Source: Camelus dromedarius (Eukaryota). Taken from it: 64,000 nt of DNA. The DNA lies in the NCBI RefSeq assembly GCF_036321535.1, contig NC_087436.1:21516001-21580000 (forward strand), in the 5' to 3' direction. The translations under genes were made by a program, and so were the position numbers. The notes beneath the pieces are model-generated. The model was not told the DNA's origin, did not search any database, and saw nothing but the letters and a program-made list of their open reading frames with translations. Below, piece after piece: positions 1-13,215 of the stretch (the first letter of the stretch is position 1; the number at the start of each line of letters is the position of its first letter).

Positions 1-339
1 AAACAAGTTCTTTATCTTATTAGTATCTGTATTGTTAATCTTAATGAGACAAGTACTTTAATTTACTCATGTCTTTTTTGGTCTCTCTCTCTCCACCTTC
101 ATCATAGTAATATAGCTGAGAGTATTAGTTGTGGGTAATAGATGCATTTTTTCTTCTTTAAAATTTTAAACCTTAATTTCTAGACAAAAAGAAACTCTGA
201 GAAGATATGTAATTACCCTTACTTTTCATGTCCTTCTCGTACATCCTGAATTAAAATCCTGCCTGCCTTCTTTCCTTCCTTCCTCTCTCTCTCTTTTTCT
301 TTCTTGTATTTTTGCTGGTAGTATTTAATGTGGATTTCT

Positions 340-1070
340 GTGTGGCACACCTTCTGAGACTCTGCCTAAAAATATTTTTATTACACCCTCATATTTGAAT
401 GACAGTTTTGCTATGTACAAAATTCTAGGTTCAGAGTTCTTTTCCTTCAATTTTTAAAATTATCACTTCGTTGACTAGTTGCATCCTATAAAGGACCTGA
501 GAAGTCTAAGGACAATAAGCTCCTTTTTCTATTGTGACATACTCTTTTATCCTAGAAACATTTTAAATTTTTTGCTTTGAAATGCCCTATAATAAGTATT
601 GGCATCAAGTCTTACTTTGCTGGTACTTCATGAACCTTCCATTTGAGATCTGTTATCTTTCTTGAATTCTGGGAAATTTATCTCCATATTTCTTCAAATA
701 TTTCCTTTTTTGTTTGTTTGTTTTTACTGTTTTCTTCTTTTGAGTCTCTTGTTATTCAGTTTTAGCATTTCTACTTTTATTCTCTTAACTTTTTTTCATA
801 TTTTCTATTTATTTTTTTCCTCGACTTTTGGGAGAGTTCCAAAATTTGATATATTTTTAAAAACTGATATTGTGACCACCTTATACTATCTATTGTACTC
901 TTTATTTCAACTATATTTTTAAATGTTTCCACATAGTTCTTTCTTTTTATGGGTTTTTAACTCTTTTGTGTTACTAATATGTTCTTTTATCCTCTTAAGT
1001 ATGTGTTGATTTTAAATTCTTGGTCTGATTCCCCTCAAAATTATGTTTTAGATTCCTTTGTTTCTTGGCT
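340..1070 (-). mobile_element. Ancient L1 (L1ME-like) ORF1-region fragment
   Basis: ttgaatgacagttttgctatgtacaaaattctaggtt...gagaagtct resembles antisense old-L1 ORF1 sequence; T-rich and heavily decayed. Confidence 0.6.
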
Positions 1071-1129
1071 TTTATCAGGACAAATGTAGGTCTTTCTGAG
1101 CCATTATAACTTTCTGTGTATATTGGATA

Positions 1130-1270
1130 GGTAACCAGAAAACCAGGTTTAATGTCTAATGCTGTCACTTTTCAGCTGTTTAACTTTGGACAGATCTCTT
1201 AAACTTCTAGAACTGGAATCTCTTATCTATAAATTGAAAGGGTTGGCATTTATGATCAATTAGATACCTT
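1130..1270 (+). mobile_element. MIR3-like SINE, interrupted by an L1 and continuing at 2784-2820
   Basis: Core tgtttaactttggacagatctcttaaacttct...tcttatctataaattgaaagggttgg; tail taggtcccttt...ctataatttttatgatt resumes after the L1. Confidence 0.6.
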
Positions 1271-2783
1271 TCTTTTCTTTTCAGTTTTATTGAGGTATAA
1301 TTGACAAATAAAATTGTAAGATATTTAAAGTGTACAATGTGATGATTTGATATGTGTGTACCTTGTGAGAAGATTCCCTCCACTGAGTTAACACATCCAT
1401 CATCTCACATATTTTTTACCTTTTCTGTTGTTTGTTTTGGTGAGAACATTTAAGTTCTACTTCTTTACCAAATTTCAATCATATAAGACAGTGTTATCAA
1501 CTGTAGTCACCATGTTATACATTAGATTGTCATTCTTACTCATCTCATAAGTAAAAGTTTGTAACTTTTACCAGCCTCTCCCTATTTCTTCCCTGGCAAC
1601 TACCAGTCTATTCTGTTGTTATGAGTTTGACTTTTTTTTTTTTTAAGATTCCACGTATCATATAAGTGATACCATACAGTATTTGTCTTTCTCTTTTTGG
1701 CTTATTTCACTTAGCATAATGCCCTCCAGGTTTATTCATGTTGTCCCAAATAGCAGGATTTCCTTTTTTAAGGCTAACATTCCATTGTATATATGTACCA
1801 TATCTTTTTTACCCATTCGTATTGACTGACACTTCGGTTGTTTCCATATCTTGGCTCTTGTGAATAATGCTACAGTGAACGTGTGAGTGCAGGTATCTCT
1901 TCAAGATAACGATTTCATTTCCTTTGGATATAAACCCAGAAGTGGAATTGCTAGATCATATAGTAATTATATTTTAATTTCTTGAGGAATCTCAATATTA
2001 TCTTCCATACTGACTGTACCAGTTTACATTCCCACCAACAGTGCATGGGGGCTCCCTTTTCTCCACATGCTTGCCAACACTTGTTATCTGTTCTCTTTTT
2101 TGGTAATAGCCATCTCAACAGGGGTAAAGTGATCTCTCATTGTGGTTTTGATTTGCATTTCTCTAAGTAGTGGTGTGGAACACCTTTTCATGTACCTGTT
2201 TGCTATTTGTATGTTTTTGAAAAACTGTTCATATCCTTTGCCCATTTTTAAATTGAATTATTTGTTTTTCTGCTCTTTATCGAATTGTATAAGTTCCTTG
2301 TGTATTTTGGATATTAACTCCTTATTGGATATGTGTTTTGCCAATATTTTCTTCCATTCCATAGTTTGCCTCCTTTAAATTTTACTGATGGTCATTTTTT
2401 AAGCTTCTTAGATTTCTTAATTTGGGGTAGTCTTACTTGCTTATTTTTGCTTATTTATTTATTTTTGCCTTTGCTTTTGGTGTCAAATCTAAAAAAATTA
2501 TTGCCTAAACCACTGTCAAGGAGCTTACCCTCTTATGCTTTCTTCTAAAATTCTTATGGTCAAGGCCTTACTTTCAAGTCTTTAATCCATTTTGAGTTGA
2601 TTTGTGTGTATGGTGTAAGAGAGGGGTCCAGTTTCATTCATTTGTATGTGACTGTCTGGTTTTCCTACCATTGATTATGAAAGAGACTACCCTTTCCCCA
2701 TTACTTATTCTTGGTTCCTTTGTCATAATTTAATTGACCAAATACACATGCATTTTTTTTCCTCTGCTCTCTATTCTGTTCCA
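1271..2783 (-). mobile_element. 5'-truncated L1 (L1MA9-like): 3' UTR plus ORF2 C-terminus
   Basis: ttttattgaggtataattgacaaataaaattgt 3' end; tttacattcccaccaacagtg ORF2 motif; degenerate TSD attagatacctt / attaggtccctt. Confidence 0.9.
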
Positions 2784-2845
2784 TTAGGTCCCTTTTTGTT
2801 CTATAATTTTTATGATTGTGCAGAGTTTTCAATAATTTATTTTAG

Positions 2846-2918
2846 ATGCAGTCTTAGAAAGTCTCACTGTGGGAAATTCTTATCTATCATTGATGACAAG
2901 TCTTATAAAATTCTATGG
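2846..2918 (+). CDS. Candidate exon 1 of an unrecognised micro-exon gene (xAVLESLTVGNSYLSLMTSLIKFYG)
   Basis: Acceptor aataatttattttag|, donor TGG|gtaaat; 73 nt; phase-compatible with 4979-5015; lies between repeats. Confidence 0.45.
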
Positions 2919-2994
2919 GTAAATAGTATGTAGTACTAATAAAAACAAAGTTTCAGCCTTCTGGGTTAAGCAGTTGGCATACATATTCACTCTA

Positions 2995-3155
2995 AAGTAG
3001 TGGCCCTCAATCTTGAGGGCACATAGGAATGAATATAGGGAGTTTGAGAAAAGGATAAATGTATTTGAAAAATATATTGCTGCTAGACCCATTTCAAATA
3101 ATTAAATCAGAATTGCTAGGCATGGGAACTAGGCCCAGATAGTTTTTAAAAGCTG
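2995..3155. mobile_element. MER5-like hAT-Charlie DNA transposon remnant
   Basis: aattaaatcagaattgctaggcatgggaactaggccc...tttttaaaagct matches the MER5 pattern. Confidence 0.55.
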
Positions 3156-3357
3156 GTTTTTTAAAAAATTTGCAAAGAAGGCTGTTAATTAGGTAATAAA
3201 AGCTAACAGACCAAAAGTAATTGAAAAGGCAGAAGTGAAAGGGATTCAGTTTGAACAGTTTTGAAAAAGTGTAAACAACAATTTTCAAACAAATATATGA
3301 CTAATAACTCAGTTGAATTCTGGAAATACATAATTTGAGAAAAATTTTTATATATAT

Positions 3358-3533
3358 TTTTAAAATTTATTTTTTATTGAAGTATAGTCAGTTTACAATG
3401 TATCAATTTCTGAGGTATAGCATAATGTTTTAGTCATCCACATACATACATATACTCATTTTCATATTCTTTTTCATTATAGATTACTACAAGATATTGA
3501 ATATAGTTCCCTGTGCTATATAGTAGAAACTTA
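3358..3533 (-). mobile_element. Short camelid-type L1 3' tail insertion
   Basis: tttattgaagtatagtcagtttacaatg...attgaatatagttccctgtgctata; TSD-like tttgagaaaaatttt / tttgaaaaaaaatttt. Confidence 0.85.
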
Positions 3534-4867
3534 TTTTGAAAAAAAATTTTAAAAAGAAAATTACTGCTAAAATGCAAATTAAAATCCTTTTCTAGTTCAA
3601 GTTTGTGATATACTTTTCCGTAGACGTTTAAAACTAGTCCATCAAATTGACCATGCCATCATTGTGCCAGGGAGAGTGCTAGAAGTCCTTTAGACAGGGA
3701 TGAAAAAGAAGAGAGACTTTTTGCATCAAATAGCCCACAGTCCAGTGGGCATGTAAGGATGGTGCAGTGTGGTTCATGTTTGGAGAAATGTTTATGCTGG
3801 GAACATAGAGAAGGAAGTAATGAATGATTTAGGGGAAATGGTATCAGGGAAGGCTTCACTAAGGAAATAAAGTAGGAATTAATTCTGACTGAGTAGGAAT
3901 GCATTTAAAAATTCATTTAAAAAATTTAAATTATGGAGATAACGTTTTCATTCTACTAGAAACAATGAATAAGGCAACATCAAGAAAAGGTCACTCTAAG
4001 ATATGATTGAATTGTACAGCTAAGGAAACGTAGTGATAAGATGCTTATGACCTATTAACTGTTTTTATGTTTAAAAATTCTGCCACAAACAGAATGAGAA
4101 AATAAATAGCTATGTACTAACATAATAGGATATAAAATTTAGGAGAGATAATACTTCAGAAAAAGGAAAAACTTGTATGGCATGGAATGTTCTGAAAGTC
4201 TTTAGAAGAAATGAGGTTTGATATTCAGCCTCAAAGGTGAAGAGTTGAGTAGATGGGGAGAGAGGAAGTTGATCACAGTAGTACAGTGGGTGCCCAGGAA
4301 AGAAAGAATGACAAAAAGAGGAATAACTAATAGAATCTGATGCCTCGGAGCCCCAGCAGGATAAAGAAAGGAGATCAAGCACTAGGAGGTTACTGGTGAT
4401 ATTCATAGAAGAGGTTTGGGTTGGGGGTGGATTCATTTACATGCTATTGTGACTATTTCAGGCCAGGCATTGAGGCTGGGACATGGGATCTGCTTTTGCA
4501 GATGTGTAGGTGTTTCTTCCCTAGCAACAGATGGTGTTATAGTCTCTATGATAATAGGGGCCTCCAAGTCCACACACTTTGGGTGGCTCTGGTTTCATAC
4601 CCTGTTATTCCTGGTCTAAAGTTATACCCTTGTTAAATTCTTCCTTTTGATTTGAAAAAGGAGCAGTCTTGTACCCCTACCAAAGTTGAAGTTAACCTCT
4701 TTCTTTTATATTTTGATGGGATTCTTTGTATCTTGATCTATCCTATACTACTTTAATGTATTTAAATTTTCTTATAAGACATCTTACTGACATTCCATTG
4801 GAGCTTTATTACCTCTCTTTTTTTTTTTTTTGACTAATATAACAGACACCAAGCCAAACCAACCCAT

Positions 4868-4905
4868 CAAACAACAACAACAACAACAAAAAACAAACAA
4901 AAAAC
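4868..4905 (+). repeat. (CAA)n / A-rich microsatellite
   Basis: caaacaacaacaacaacaacaaaaaacaaacaaaaaa. Confidence 0.85.
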
Positions 4906-4978
4906 TGACTACAAGCATATATTGTTGAATAAGGATGTCTTTTGAAGGTCTCATTTCTCTCTCCAATCTCCTTTTCAG

Positions 4979-5015
4979 AATGCTTGCACAAGAAGACAAA
5001 CTAGCTATGAAGAAG
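4979..5015 (+). CDS. Candidate micro-exon 2 (MLAQEDKLAMKK)
   Basis: Strong acceptor tctctctccaatctccttttcag|, donor AAG|gtaaaa; purine-rich 37 nt body with GAAGA-type enhancer words. Confidence 0.6.
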
Positions 5016-5993
5016 GTAAAATTTTCTGTATATCATTACAGAGAAGCATTATATTGCTTCTACATGTCACTAAGATTACAAACAGATTCTGCTGAAAACG
5101 GCATCTATTCCAAACATGACATAGCTTTTAAATGAAAAAACTTCGAATGAAAACACATTTTGTATAACTGAAACCTGTACCTTTATCTGACATTCTTATT
5201 TTCCACCCTCTCTACCCTCAGAAAAACACCCTCTGCTCTACATAGGCTCATTTTCTTTTGTTCCTCAGACATACTAAATTTATTCAAGCTCCATTCCCAC
5301 TTCCATATGTTCCATCATCTCAGGATGCTCTCCTTCCCCAGGAAGCCATAGAGTTCCTCTTCAGCTTTTCTAAGCTCCACCATCCTTTCAGGCTCAGTTC
5401 GAATCCTTGCATGAGGTTTTTGGGATTATTCTGTCCCTCAGTGACTTCTCTTCCTCTGAAATCTTAAGGCATGGATAATTTGCTTCAACCAAGTTAGCAC
5501 TAGTATAAGAATGCTTATTTCCATTTCCCCAACAAGAGTCAAATTTCTTCAGGCAAAGCACCTATTAGAAAGGTGTATCATTAGGACTGATTAGTAGCAG
5601 GACTCAGTGCAGTACTGAGGACACGAAGGGATATTAAAGGAGCTCCATTAGAGTCAGAGTTCCTCAAGGGCTGTGGCTTTTAGCCTCTGCCTCCAGCACT
5701 CTGTCTCTAGCACCTAGTCCTGGGCTTCACACTCATAAGCGTTAGTTGGTTCTCAGTAAATACTTTCTAATCTACAGATTGTTCTGATTAGCATCTAACT
5801 AAACATGTAAAGCGGCATTGAAACAGCTTGCTTTTTGTATTGTGGATGGATGGCTCTATAAGACAGTTGCCTCAATAAGTAGCGATAACCAGAAGTTAAT
5901 GTTTCTGTGAGTTGTTGCACAAACACGAAATCAGTGTGCTTTTGTCCGCTGATGTCTTACTCTAACATTCCTAGCCTAAAGGAATGCACCTGG

Positions 5994-6007
5994 CTTGCTA
6001 TGGCAAC
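5994..6007. promoter_or_regulatory. RFX X-box-like motif
   Basis: cttgctatggcaac versus the palindromic consensus GTTGCCATGGCAAC (12 of 14), in non-repeat sequence. Confidence 0.35.
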
Positions 6008-6404
6008 AAAATATTTTGTTTTTCTACCTATACCCAATAATTTCATTCTGGCCACAGTCCGGTATATTTGATTTATTCAAACCTGAAATACTGTCTTCAG
6101 TAAAGCTAAACTCAAACCTTTTCCTGTTTCATCCCATAGTAGAAAGTAGGCCTGACACCATTTCCCTGTCAGGCAAGTCTTCTAAAGTGTAACACAAAAG
6201 TCCTTTTCACAGACGTTGAGTATACAAGCTACATACAGACAGGCAATCATAGGTTTACAGTGTATGTCTGACTAACAAATATAATTAAAGTGTGACTCAT
6301 AGGATCATTCATGAATAAACCTCAAACACCTACTGAAAAAAGTCACCATCTGGGAATGAACATATACTGAGTGAAAAATAGAAGTAGGTGTCTGGGAGAA
6401 GTTA

Positions 6405-7011
6405 CCTACCTCTTTATAACAAATTACCACAAACTTTGCAGGTAAAACAGCACCCATTTACTACCTCAGAATTTCCTGGGTCAGGAGTCCGGGTACGGCT
6501 CAGCTGGGCTCTCTCCTTCGGTTCCCAGGACACTATAATCTAGGTGTTGGCCCCGCTGAATTCCTTCCTGGAGCTTGGGATCTTCTTCCATGTTTACACG
6601 ACTGTCAGCAGAATTAAGTTCTTAGCAGTTGTAGGACTGAGGTCCTCATGTTCCTTCCAGCTGTTAGCCAAGGGCCTCTCTCAGCTCCCGGAGGCCCATA
6701 GTTGCTGGTCACGTTGCCCTCTCACTGGCCCTCTCACAACACGGTGGATTACTCTCCAACACCAGCAGAGGACAGGTTCTCTCTTTAAGAAGGGCCCGTT
6801 CCCTCTTTTAAAGGCTTTTACTTGATTAACTTCAACTCACCTGGATAACATCCCTTTTTTCACTTTTGTCATCTAATGTTACCTAATCACAGGATGAAAT
6901 CCCACTATATCCACAGACCCTGGCCACACGCAAGAGAAGGGGACTATACAGGGCTGCATCTCTACAGCAGGGGATGGAATTTTGGGGGCCAGCTCACAGG
7001 TCTGCCTACTA
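6405..7011 (-). mobile_element. MaLR solo LTR (MLT1E-like)
   Basis: ataacaaattaccacaaactt...gcagttgtaggactgaggtcc...tgggggccagctcacaggtctgcctacta. Confidence 0.8.
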
Positions 7012-8942
7012 GTCTTTAAATCCTATTTCCCCCTTCTTAGTTGTTCTAGGGAAAATGGCAGCAGCCCAGAGGTAGGGAGTCAAGGTCAAGTCCTGGCTCT
7101 GCCCCTGACCCATTGATAACTTTGGACAAGTCATTTACCCTTTTATAAAGGAGGGACTAGATTTCTTCCTCATTTCTATTCAGGTGCTGATATCCCAAAA
7201 TCCCATGATTCTGTCTCTAAGTTTCTTTGTATGCAGGAGGGACTCAATATCAGACACATGGCTGCAATTCCATCAAAGTTAGTTTAGCAGGGTCAAAAAT
7301 TTAACCCACGTTATAACTTGGCAAGCAGAAAAATATAGTTACTATATGTAGTCTACAACTTTACATATAACCTCTGTCAACTAATTGGAAGGGAGAAAAA
7401 CCAGCTTAATATCCAATATATAGTTTATCTGGTTCAGTAATTTAAAACTGGCTATTTAAGCAGTGGATAATACCTCTTGGATAATATGGAGCCTTTCATA
7501 CAACTTCCTCCTCTTCCCTGCCTTCTTCCTAAGACTGTCAGCTGTGATGGAGATAGGGAGGAGGAGGAAGAGGAGGATGGGTGGGACTAAAACATCCTTC
7601 TCAAGGTGCGGAGGTATTGGCATCTTCAGGTGTCACCCTGGGCCTCCTCTGCTCTCCAGGTGATATGCCAGACTAGCTGGGTGCAGCATGTCCTGCTGGC
7701 ATTCAGGGCTGAAGTCTGCAGCTGGTGTAATTTATATTTCTTGTATGGCTTGGTCCGGACTCGGTAACACTCCCTGATTTAATTGCTCTCACTTGGGCTC
7801 CTGCAGGTGCCCTTTCCTGACACCCCTCTCAACTTATCTAATATTGCATCTTCTCTAGGTTGAAGCTTGGAAAGGGAAAACAGGGAGGCTCATGCCTGGC
7901 TACCCTACTTTTCTTGTTCCCATGATCCTTTGAGCCAGAAGAGTAACCTGTTTTTCTTTTGTGACCCTAAAGTTCCTTCCACTAAGTCAGCACTGATTGT
8001 CTTAAACTTCAGGGCTATCTTTACATTCTTGGAGGATACTATGAGCAAAGTCTCTCATGTTTGGCTTTTCATATACTAAAAGAAGAGATAAAGGACTTTT
8101 GAAAATCCTTTCCCAAACCAATAGTATTTTTTTAATATGTAAGAAAAGTGTTGTTTATTTGTAATTTTATCAAAAGAATGAATAGCTAAATACGAATGTT
8201 CTCATGGAATGGGAGAGAATTAGTAATGGATAATTAATGAGTGAACAAACCCACAAATTGAAAAGGTAGCAGACATGACATACTTAAAAATTGAAGGCTT
8301 TTAGTGATTTTTCCAAGTTCTGAACATACCTCAGACTTATTATTATAAGTAATAGGAGCAGGCAATAATATTTAAACAGACAAGAGCGTGAAATACATGC
8401 ACGAGAGTAATTCCTCCGAAACTCCCCCACACTCCACGTCATCAAGCCTGACTGAGCAGCTCGTCTGCAAAGAACACAGTACAAAAGAGAGCTGAGATCA
8501 CAGCTTGGAGGTAGTATAGTAACATATCTATACCTCTCTACACCTTCAAGAATTTCCTGTCTTTCTCTTCATCTTCACCTGTGTTCCTTTTTAAGGGCTC
8601 CACACATAATGCCTAAGAAGCTCAGGTTCACACGTGTGCTTTATGGTTTCCTTGCTAAGTATCAGACCAGTTGAAGCCAGGTCGTCTGTTTTCTCATTTT
8701 AGGAGAGGTCTTGGACATTTTTACAAGTCATGGGATTCATGGGGTCTGGATCATATTACACATATGTAGACAAGGCTTTATATGACAAGCATACAATAAA
8801 TGTGTTGAATTAATACATTATTATCTTTTCATGAAATTTCCAAGCCAATAGTCTTGCTTTTACATCTAAAGTATGATATGATTGAATCACAATTATTGAA
8901 TATTAACTCACTCTTTCTCTTTCCATTCTTTTCACTACAAAG

Positions 8943-8974
8943 TCTAATCTGCCACAGGCAATCAGACTGCCAGA
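8943..8974 (+). CDS. Candidate micro-exon 3 (SNLPQAIRLPE)
   Basis: Long pyrimidine tract ctctttctctttccattcttttcactacaaag|, donor AGA|gtaaat; 32 nt; phase 0 to 2 bridges exons 2 and 4. Confidence 0.4.
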
Positions 8975-9584
8975 GTAAATGTTGTGTGCTCTGGAAGATA
9001 TGTTAAAAATGCCATTATTGCATCCCTTTCAGTTACCCATTAAAGTAATATTGTTATTGTCTTGTTCACTTGTGAATTCCTTGTACCTGAGAAAATAGTT
9101 GGCACATTGTAAAGTGAACGAATAGATGGATGTATGTACGAATGAATGGGGCAGAGCAGTCTTCACAGGCAACTTGTCTTGCAGCATCACATAATCTGAA
9201 CGCCTTTTTCTGTCTTTCCCTCTCCAAGCTTCTATTTGCTCAGATCCATGAGAAGTCTGTATTATTTCTACAGTTTTCTTTCTGCTTTCATTTGCTGTCT
9301 GTTTTCCTCTGGGAGCTGTATATCTTTTTTGGTTAAGCTGCAAATCAAGTTATCCTCAAAGTATATCTCAGCTATTATTAAATTAACTTTTTTGAGGGGT
9401 CAAACTATGTCTTATTTCCCTTCTAGAAAGTTTAAATTTAGTTTAATATGTGATTCTCTAAGGACTACTTGCTCATTGGTGGGAGGATAGAGAGACATTT
9501 GTTTATTAAAGCCTATCATTTATATTTTGTGGTGTTAACCGAGGTAGAATGAGGAAAAGAAGTAATAAGAATATCAGTTGTGAT

Positions 9585-9842
9585 AATAATCACTAATATA
9601 TATTAAATATCTATTTGGGCCTGGTTACTGCGTTAAGCTCACTTTACACAACCATATTTATGTTTCATGAGAACCCAGTGATAGATGTTAGTGTTGACCC
9701 CATTTATGGGTGAGAAAATTGAGCCTTGGATTGAATTACAGTAACCTGCTCAAGACTCAAAGCTAAGGGTGGTGATGCTGAGATGATCCGGTGTCTGTGA
9801 GATTCCAGAGTCTGTGCTCTTTTCCCTTCTGATACACTGCCC
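9585..9842 (-). mobile_element. MIR SINE
   Basis: ccccatttatgggtgagaaaattgag...taacctgctcaagactc...ttccagagtctgtgctctt. Confidence 0.8.
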
Positions 9843-10182
9843 TGGAACCATAACTGGCATATTTTTCTAAAAATATCTTGAAAACAATTCAACAATAATT
9901 TAAAGAAAAATGAAATAAAATGCTAAACACAGAGAACTTCAAAACAGTATGGTTTTACGTAATTTAAACAGAGTGTGTAAGTGTGTAAGAGCGTAAGAGT
10001 AGGTGGGTTACCATTTTGACAAAAATCCCTAACATTGAGAAAAAACTGTTTTGATGGCGAGGCTTTCAGTTACAAGAACTAGTCACCCCCAAAGAGAAAA
10101 GTGTCTCCCAAATTCCAAAAGCTATCCTTTAATAATCAAGATCCAAATCTTGGGAGGCTATGGCAGAATTTTACTATAAGCT

Positions 10183-10637
10183 TGTTAACTGAAAAAAATG
10201 CACAATCTAAAAGTTGAGACTTATATTTTATTCAGTGGACATACTGAGGACTTAAGCTGGGGGACAGCCTCTCAGGTAGCCCTGACAGACTGTTCCAAAG
10301 AAGTAAGGGAGAAGCTAGGATGTATAGGAATTTTTGGAAAAAACAAACAAACAAACCTAACCCCAGAACATCAAAGGATTGCTGTTAATTAAAGAAAAAA
10401 CAGACATCTCAAGTTAATGAATTTAGGCACTTTTCTACATATGGGAAGATGCAAGAGTCTGGGGTTTTTGAAATCTTTCCTTTGATATGCACCTTAACTA
10501 TCTAGGGCCAGTGTCCCATTTTTTTCTCTGTCCTGAATCCCCTTAGGATCACAGTTGGAGGCAACTGCAGTGGCTGATGGCTTCATGGCCGCAACATCCT
10601 TTGTTTACTGATACAGCAGGTGACATTCTTCTCCACA
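10183..10637 (-). mobile_element. ERV1 solo LTR (MER41-like)
   Basis: TG...CA termini; perfect 4-bp TSD AGCT (10179-10182 / 10638-10641); antisense AATAAA near 10227. Confidence 0.85.
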
Positions 10638-13039
10638 AGCTCTAGAGTAGGAAAGATATATGATATGTCACACAGAGAGAAGGTAAACGCTCTCTTTGGG
10701 CTGGTCAGAGAAGCCTGGAACAAGAGGGAGAGGAGTGCAAAAACAGTAAGTTACAAGCGAGACGCCTTCTTACTTTCCCGTCTCTTTCCCGTAGACTGTA
10801 AGCCTTTTGGGGGCAACAGAAGCCCCAAGATGGGGTTGAGAAATTCAGAGCAGGTCTTCAGTCATATTTCCCTTTTCATGACTTAGAGATGGCAAGAGCC
10901 TCTTAGAGTCAAGTCCCTGAATATATCCTGGTGCTGGAGTAACATGGCATGTGGGTGGTTGATAGCAATGCTGAGGTGACCCAGTGAATGGGCTTGATAC
11001 GGGGAAGGTTGACCCTTCCTACTTAAAGGGGATCTGGAACTCTACTCTAGGTGGCGTAGACTAGCCTGAAGTCTAGATTAGTTTAAAGTTTCAGATCCCT
11101 TTAGATAGACGGGGTCAACATGGAGAAAAACATGTTATCAGAACTGAGAGAAAGTATTGTTTATGATTATATTCCAAGCATCTAGTACAGTTTGCTGGCA
11201 CATAGAAGCATTAATAAATATTTATTGAATAAATTGAATGAGCGAACAAGGGGGAAATAGGCAGGAAATTGAGTTTTTATTTATTTAAAAGGAATTTTTG
11301 AAGGAAATTGTCATATTGATACTTGACATAAAGTCACTTTAAGTGGAGAATTAATCTTCTTTTAATTTCAGCAAAGCAACCCTACAACCAAGTGATCTGA
11401 AAAAAAAGTCACAAAAACCTTGTATCCTAGAACATCTTCATGGTTCCAGAATCTGTAGGTTGTCAGTCATTTTGGTAAAACTATGACAGCTTACTTGATC
11501 TAATCCTTTTACAAGCTGTTTCATTCCTTAGTGTCTAAAAGAACTGTTCCTGTCTAGTGCCCAGCACAGCATGCAGTACTTAGAAAACACTTAAAACAAA
11601 TTTGTTGGATGGATTGCTAAAGAATTCATCCAGTCTCAGGATCTGAAAATTTAGAGGGAGGAAAAATTCCCTCCTCTCTTAAATCATATTTGTTCTAATT
11701 ATCCACATAGCATCTGGTATAAGGTGGTTACTCAGAAATAATTTGTTGAAGAAACTGAACGAACAAAGAGGAAAGAAGAGAAAATTTTAGCTCACCTTGC
11801 ATACTTCTACCAAAGAGATCTTTCCAGAGAACCTATATCAATCTTTAAATCTGTTCTGTATTACTGTCAATATTAGTTTTTAATGCACTTTTGCCATGAA
11901 ACCCCATATTCAATCTTATGATCATATAAATATTATGAAAAATATATTAAGATATTAGCTTTTTTCAGTTCTGTCCTTCATGTTTTTTAAGGAGGATGGC
12001 CTCTTAGGAAGAACTGTGGTTTTGCTGAATGAGATGGTTTGTGGGGGTATTAAGATGTAGAGCAAGTGGAGATTAGGTTCTGAACTGAAGGGGTAGAGAG
12101 ACCCAGACAGCAGGGTACATGGACATTGTCCATGTGACATCCTAGCTCTTAGGCTGAAAGTCTTCCTCCTTGGGTGTAGGTTGAAGCTTTGATAATTTTT
12201 ATTGTCATAATCCTTGCATTCTGCCTGCATCCACTTGATAGTGCTGAGGTCTATTGAGTCTCTGGTATACCCTCCATCTGACCTTGGCCAAGGATGTCCA
12301 CCCTGCAGTAAAGGCTGTGGCTCGGCTTTTCCCCCAGGATGAGTGATTCCACAGTTGGCCTGCGGACCCTCATCCTAGGATCTCTCACACGGAGCAGAGG
12401 GTGATCCTGTCTCTGGCTGACCATACCTCTCCTGTGTCTCACCCACACTGGGTGTGGTCATTTGTTGGTCAGGGGTTACTCTGCACAATGATCTCCTCCC
12501 AGAGCCCTAAACAGGCAGTGCTCCTCCCAGGCTATCACCTCCTTCTCTTCCCATGGAGCCTTGAAGCTAGGAATTTGGGCACACGCCTAATTGCTTATCA
12601 CCCCTACTTCTATTCACATTTCACCCCTCAAACCGTCATATTGGAAAGTATGGGCTTTCCCTTCTCTTCCTGACTAATTAAAATATTCTATGTCAGCCCC
12701 TCACTTCCCCAAAGAGCTTTGTCTCTCCATTTCTTTAAAACTGTGATTGTGAGTGGGTGTAGGAAGATAGACAACCTGCTTACCGATAGGCATCATAGGA
12801 AGCTATTTTTAAAATACTGTGATTGCTTCACTCTGAGAATGATTGATTTAGATTAGAGCCAGATAGACTGAGGTTTCTGTGAACTACTTGTGGAATAGAA
12901 GTCTGGAAATTAATCCAGCCTTGAATGATACTTGGTTTCTTTACTGATCAGAGTTATTCCTGGAAATGGAGGTATATCTGTTTTATTCTGAGTTCTGGGG
13001 ACACTTCATTTAATTCTGGCATAGTAAGTTTATACTTTT

Positions 13040-13215
13040 ATATAATAGTGCTTAACTTTCCTGCTGTGATTATCTCTGCTTAAGTCTCTCTCTCCTTTTG
13101 ATTTGTATGAATTCAGGGCAAGGACCTTGTTTTTCTTAGATCTCTCACTGCATCCCCAGCAGTCAGCATAACACTTGGCACATAGTAAGTGCTCGAAAGT
13201 TGTTTGTTGAATAAA
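13040..13215 (+). mobile_element. L2 3' end
   Basis: cttggcacatagtaagtgctcgaaagttgtttgttgaataaa. Confidence 0.75.

Noticed and set aside
2846..5015. Alternative frame CSLRKSHCGKFLSIIDDKSYKILWNACTRRQTSYEE for exons 1-2
   Set aside because: It is also open and can join the 17069 acceptor, but that acceptor is weaker and the peptide is less protein-like. It is not formally excluded.
11372..11454. 83-nt exon candidate (KATLQPSDLKKKSQKPCILEHLHGSRI)
   Set aside because: Good acceptor but mediocre donor TCT|gtaggt; it fits only if the weak 17069 acceptor is used.
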